Shown: positions 54,617 to 64,000 of the stretch, one piece after another
Layout: the number at the start of each line of letters is the position of its first letter
Position numbering within the stretch: position 1 is the first letter of the stretch
NCBI RefSeq assembly: GCF_009914755.1
Contig: NC_060941.1
Reading direction: 5' to 3' (one strand)
DNA length: 64,000 nt
Source of the DNA: the human T2T-CHM13v2.0 reference genome, Homo sapiens
Made by a program: the position numbers and the translations under genes
Notes under the pieces: generated by a model
What the model saw: only the letters and a program-made list of their open reading frames with translations
Told to the model about the DNA's origin: nothing
The model's database searches: none

Positions 54617-57039
54617 TTGCAGTGGGAATTTCTGATGCGGAATGGTTGACATCATATCTGGAATTTTAATTAGAATGAAAAATGGCCCTTCCTAAGGGGC
54701 TATATGGGCCACCGTGGACATGGGGCTTGGGAGAGTTTTGAGACCTGGGAGAAATGTCACACGGTGGTTTGGAGGCAGGAGGCTGTCTGGCATAGGCTCA
54801 GAGTTGGGTGGGGGAAGGAAAAGGGACACAGAACGAATGGGAATGACAACTGGGCAGCCAGAGAGCTACTTGAAAGGTAGCAGGGAAAGTGGAGTTCTGA
54901 AGGGAGTTCTGAGGGGACCAGGCCCCAGGTACCCCAATTCCCACAGGGAATCGAAGTGTTCAGTTTTCTGGTTCTCCCTCTTCCTCCAGTTGCCATCAGA
55001 AACTCAGGCACCGCAACCCCAGTGGCTGGCGGGGTGATGTCGGGGGGAGACTGAGCTGCTTCAGGGGGTAGCAGCTGGTGAGTTGGGAGGAATCTGTGTG
55101 CTCAGCAAACAGCAGCCTCAGTGCCCGGTGGCTGCCTCCTCCCTCATCAATCAGCCCCAGCCAAATGTCCTTGCATTCCCACCACCCCAAGGGGACTGGG
55201 GCTGGGCCAGGGTCCCCAGGGGAGATGGGGATGGGTGGGGGGAGGTGAAGGGGGGTGCTTGGCTTCCTTTCCCTTGGCCTCTGTTCTCTTCTGTCCTGGA
55301 AGCTCTCAGTTCTTCATGTCATGGAATGACTATCCTGGCCCCTACCATCGTGGGGGCATCAGCTACAAATCACCTGTGGGGGGCTGCTGGGGGAGAAGGA
55401 TGAGTCAGGCTATAGAGTAATCTACTCTGGTTCTCACGGGACCAGCCCAGGGCACAGCCGGCAGGGAGGCTGCTGGCATAGAGGCCCTGTCTCCCCTGGC
55501 CTCTGTCTCTGATGAATGATCCGGACAGCAGGCCGAGACCCTGACCCCTGGAATGGACCTCTCTTTCCACCTTCTCCTAGCCCCCAGTCCTCATCCCCTG
55601 CTTCCAGCCAAGATCCAGAGGTCTGGCCCCCAGCTCACCCCAAATCTGCTGTTCCCCACTAGGGACTGGGGTCTCTAGACCTTAGCCTCTGGCTCCCTTT
55701 CCCCCTCCTCAGCCTTTGCTCCCCTCCGGGACCCAGGCGTCCTGCCCACTCCCTTCACCATAACAACCATTCTTTTGGAGTTGCTTAAGACTTTAATATC
55801 ATTTCATTAAGTCAGCAAGTTCAGAGAAGGTTGGGGGCACAAAGAGACTGGGGGTGGGCAAAAGAGGGCCAAAGTAGGGGGGAGGCAAGGAAAGATCCCC
55901 CACCCCCCTCTCCGTGGAGATGGCTCTGAGAAATCAAATATTGACAATGAGGGAACAGAACTTATTAAATCTGGGACAGGGATGTGTGTGGGGAGCTGTG
56001 GGAATGGCCGGATGCCTGGGTTCGGAGGGTAATGAAGGTTCTGGGAGGAGGAAAAGGGCCGTGGCTGGGAGGTGCAGCAAGGCTGAGGCTCGAGGTCACA
56101 ACTCTTCTGCCCTTTCCTTTGGGATGTACACGGTCTTGCAACCCTGGCTGTTTCTCTAGCCCCGAAGAGCCCCTGGGGAAAAGACCCCCATCATAGCTAG
56201 CTGTGGTTGCCCCGCCTTCGTCCCTTCCCCCTACCTCCACCTCTGTTGATGAGCTTCAGCAGCGTTTAATCGGATTGAGCAGTAATTAGCAAAGCGAGAT
56301 GTTTGATTACCTATTTAGCATAATGTGGGGGGCTGGGATCCGTAGGCACAGCCACAGTTGGGGAGGGGGGTTTAAGAAAAGAAATGGGGTCTGTGCAAAG
56401 TTCCTTTCCCCGAGGGACCCATGAACCTTGCCCCTGAGGCTCCCCACCCCACGCCTCCAGCAAATTTTCACTCCTTTGGGACTTTTCCCTAGGGGTTCTG
56501 GCCAACCACATCACCTCTGTCTGCCACCCATGGCCTATCTGGCTAGAGGAACACCTCCACGTTCCATCTTAGCTGTGCTAGCTGTGCAGCTGGTTTTGGG
56601 GTGGGCGGTACTCCTCTCCTTCCATTCCTGCTGTCAGCAACAGGAGTCTGGCTGGGCAGGAGGAATTATTGGGGGTCGAGGGGAGGGAAAGGGTTGACAC
56701 TTCTGGGAATAAAGATACGGTAGGTGGGAGGGTGAGGTCAGCGCTGGGATAGGGTGTGGTTAATCCACTTGCTCTTCAGGAGTACCAGGGACTGCCACTC
56801 CTGGTAGTGCCAGGCTGGCATAATGAGATCTGTTAGGTGTGAACGCCAAACAGAAAATGGGGGAACTGAGGTGCCAGCTTCTCTTCTCCTCATCCAGCAA
56901 AGAAAATGTCATAAATTTCGCTCCTCATGGAAATGTAATCAGTGGGCTCGCTGCTGGCTTTGTCTTAATTAGGCACTATTGATGGAAACAGGGAGGGCGC
57001 CTTCCCATCCCCCCACTCGGCTTCCTCCCTGTATTTCCC

Positions 57040-57930
57040 AGGTCTCCCCAAAGCTCCTCCCGGCACCAGGTACAGCGGTCTTCCAGGCGCCTTCTAGCAG
57101 CCCCGGCCCGCAGCGCCCCCTGGCACCCTCGGAGATGTACCCCGGCCCTCATAGCCCTCCCCTCTCGCCTCCTCTCTCACGACGCAGCCTTTGTTCCTAT
57201 GGAGAGCGAAGCCCCTCCCAGGCCCGGTCACCTTCCCCAGGGAGTCCCCGCCTCTCATCCCCCCCAAAAACCAGCGATGCCTTCGAAAGCCAATCCTCAG
57301 ATTCCCAAAACTCCAGTTCCCGTCTTCCCTCCCTTTCCCCGCCCCGCGCCGCCCCCCCGCAATCCTAGACCCCAATCCGAACTAAGAAGGGGGAAGGAGC
57401 AGGAGGGCAAGGGTGCTCCAGGCCCGGTTTTTCCCCCGGATCCAGCTGCACCCACGGCTGCCTGGAAATCCTGGAACGCCTTCTACATCGCGAATATCCC
57501 TCGCCGGCCTGGCGCCCGGCGCCATCTGCTGGACCCGTTCCGGCTGGGGCGCACAGACCTGGGCGCGGGGTCGGGCGATTGGGTTCTCCCTGCCTTTTCA
57601 ATGTCCTGCGGGGCGGTGGCTCACTGTCTCTCGCCCCAGCCCTTCCAGCTGGGTCCTGACACCAGGCCCCCCGCACCCTTCGGCTCGCCAGATGTGGCTA
57701 CTTTCCTTTAGTCCCGGAGCCTTCAAGCCCTGGGTCCCTGAGGGGTAGACCTGGGCGGGGTGGGGCCGCGAAGCAGGGATCCAGGGCGCCTGCGCGGAGG
57801 AGGCGGGCTCCGAGGGGCCGCACACCGGCCACTCGCCCCTCCCTGCCCGGGGTTGCCATGGGGACGCGTGCAGACGCCGGCCCGAGAGGGCTGCGAGGGG
57901 CAACTTCTTAGAGTGGCCCATCGGTCGGTC
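57040..57930 (+). promoter_or_regulatory. DNAH2: DNAH2 upstream CpG island with CTCF motifs (57113-57126, 57519-57532) and X-box GTTGCCATGGGGAC (57852-57865)
   Basis: CpG-rich; exact CCAGCAGATGGCGC on the minus strand; X-box is typical of ciliary gene promoters. Confidence 0.8.
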
Positions 57931-58186
57931 TAGGGAGGGGAGGGTCAGCGTGGCAAGGTGTGTGTCGGGGGCAGAGGGAAGGAGGGAAGGAGTGCTGGGG
58001 AGAAGGGGCAGTAGTGTCGGGGTAGGAAGGGACAGTTGTTGGGGAGAAGAGGCAGTTGTGGAGGGAGAGGGAGCAAGGAATATTTGTGTGGGGGAGGGGG
58101 AGGAGAAGGGGCAGTTGTGACAGCTGGGGGGGAAGAGCCATTCTGAGGGGAAATTTGCCTGCTGGTAACCAGTTTAAGGATACCAG

Positions 58187-58250
58187 CTGCTGGTATAAAT
58201 ACTGCTGGATAAATACTGCTGGATTTATACTGCAGGATAAATACTGCTGG
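58187..58250 (+). repeat. 14-bp tandem repeat (CTGCTGGATAAATA) x 4.5
   Basis: Units start at 58187, 58202, 58216, 58230, 58244. Confidence 0.92.
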
Positions 58251-59256
58251 CCCCTGCGGTATTTCCTAGTACTAGAGTGAGCCCCGACTTAGCAGAGCAG
58301 TTCCTCCTGGGGCCTGCGGTGTGGGATCGCGTGGTAAACCCCACGGTGCATGCGCCTCAGGCTCTAGTTTGAGGCAGGAAAGCGCAGCTTGATGCTTCTC
58401 TGGAGACTGATGGAGGAAGCCTCCTTGCTGTAGTTGGTTTTATTGATTTGCTGGCCTAACAGAACGTTTTTCCTTGGAGCAAAGTACAAATCCTTCAAGT
58501 TTGAAATTCATAACCTGAGATCAATGCCTGTGGCAGCCTGTGGGGATGAGGAAGGAGAGCCACAGGTGCCGTTAGGCTGCAGCCTAATGAAAAGAGAGTG
58601 CCCAGCGCCTCAGACTTTGCGCCTGGGATTCTGAGCACCTGTCCGAGATCCCCGCTTCCTGCCATCCTACCTTTCTGAGAGAGGCACCACTGTGACCTTC
58701 CTCGTGCCCCAATTGCTTTTTCCTCATGACACAATTTGAAATTTATGATTGGATGACTTTTGTCCTTCTTTCTTCCAATCTGTTCTCAGGGCATTTTGAG
58801 TCAAATAAATGATCCTGACTGATCTTAACCATTAGCACAGAGTTCCTCAGCCAACTCTGCTAAGAGACCTCAGTACACACAAAACAGTGTTCCTGCCCCT
58901 CAGGACTTCAAAGCGATAGACCCAGGTGGCAAATACTGTTTTTCTCTGTTTACAGATGTTGCAGATTTTAGTGGGATTGGGAGGAGCATATTTCCATTTA
59001 ACTTGGGAGGAAAAGAGGTACATAGGAAAATCATCTTGGTTTGCTTGAATGATTGAACAGTGACAAAGGATGGGGGATGTGCACCCCTTCCTTGATCCTC
59101 TCTCACTCACTCATGGTCCTGGAGGGTAGAGTGGATGAGGGTTTGGGCAACCACACTTCAGCTTGATAGATCTTTTCCTGATTATCTTATGTTCTCATAC
59201 CCCGGGGCAGAGATAGAGGTTCTAAATCCTCATTAGTGGGGTGTCTGTTTGGCCAT

Positions 59257-63697
<4,441 letters not shown>

Positions 63698-63754
63698 TGA
63701 CTGTGTTTAACTTTCCAAGAAATGCCTTCCTTTTTGTATGTTTATTCTTCCTAG

Positions 63755-63816
63755 AGCCACGGTTGGAGGGACCTCAAGCACAGAGTGAAGAATCAGTGGA
63801 GCCCGAGGCAGATGTG
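63755..63816 (+). CDS. DNAH2: DNAH2 second coding exon (EPRLEGPQAQSEESVEPEADV); gene continues beyond the window
   Basis: tag|AGCCAC ... GATGTG|gtaggc; 62 nt; phase matches the previous exon (166+62=228). Confidence 0.92.
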
Positions 63817-64000
63817 GTAGGCTTGGGTCTTCCCTGTGGCAGATATTCCTCCCCCAAAACTGGTGAATCAAAGGATCAGTTGTGGATGGCACATGAGGAA
63901 TTCTCTCTTGTCTGCCACTTCTTCTACTTGCTCTCTGCTGTTAGCCTACTCACCACAAATCCAGTTCACTGAGTAAAAGACAAAGTCATCTGTGCCTTCG

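Noticed and set aside
58187-58250. CRISPR-like array
   Set aside because: Direct tandem repeat with no spacers, in human DNA with no cas genes
58180-58925. Exact DNAH2 non-coding exon 1 (candidate donor CAG|GTGGCA at 58925/58926)
   Set aside because: The donor is weak and the TSS cannot be fixed from sequence alone, so it is not listed as a feature

Overview
Human genomic DNA from chr17p13.1, recognised from the protein sequences. It contains the complete TP53 gene on the minus strand (about 8,540-27,650; 393-aa wild-type p53, with no hotspot change in the codons read). WRAP53/TCAB1 lies head-to-head and overlapping on the plus strand (CDS 28,753-43,606; 548 aa), followed by the complete EFNB3 gene (plus; CDS 45,719-49,696; 340 aa) and the promoter and first two coding exons of DNAH2 (plus; from 59,863). 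All exon boundaries were read from GT/AG signals and sum to the expected CDS lengths. The TP53 haplotype is Arg72, single-copy intron-3 16-mer, c.74+38G, c.672+62G; as I recall the GRCh38 alleles, this is a different haplotype. The left two-thirds is saturated with Alus, plus old L1/L2/MIR and Tigger-family DNA elements, while 41.5-53.3 kb is Alu-free. Most interesting observations: (i) a distributed motile-cilia regulatory grammar of RFX X-boxes inside and downstream of EFNB3, plus a 14-bp forkhead-motif tandem array at the DNAH2 5' end; (ii) p53gamma and the shared beta/gamma donor come from an Alu-shattered MER47A DNA transposon; (iii) two Alu-derived alternative TP53 terminal exons beyond the poly(A) site; (iv) tandem donors in WRAP53 exon 1alpha that switch between a start-stop-overlapping uORF and an in-frame N-terminal extension; (v) an ETS-motif cluster in the EFNB3 3'UTR. 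No CRISPR, rRNA or tRNA was seen. This is a heavily studied locus, so all novelty claims are hypotheses.
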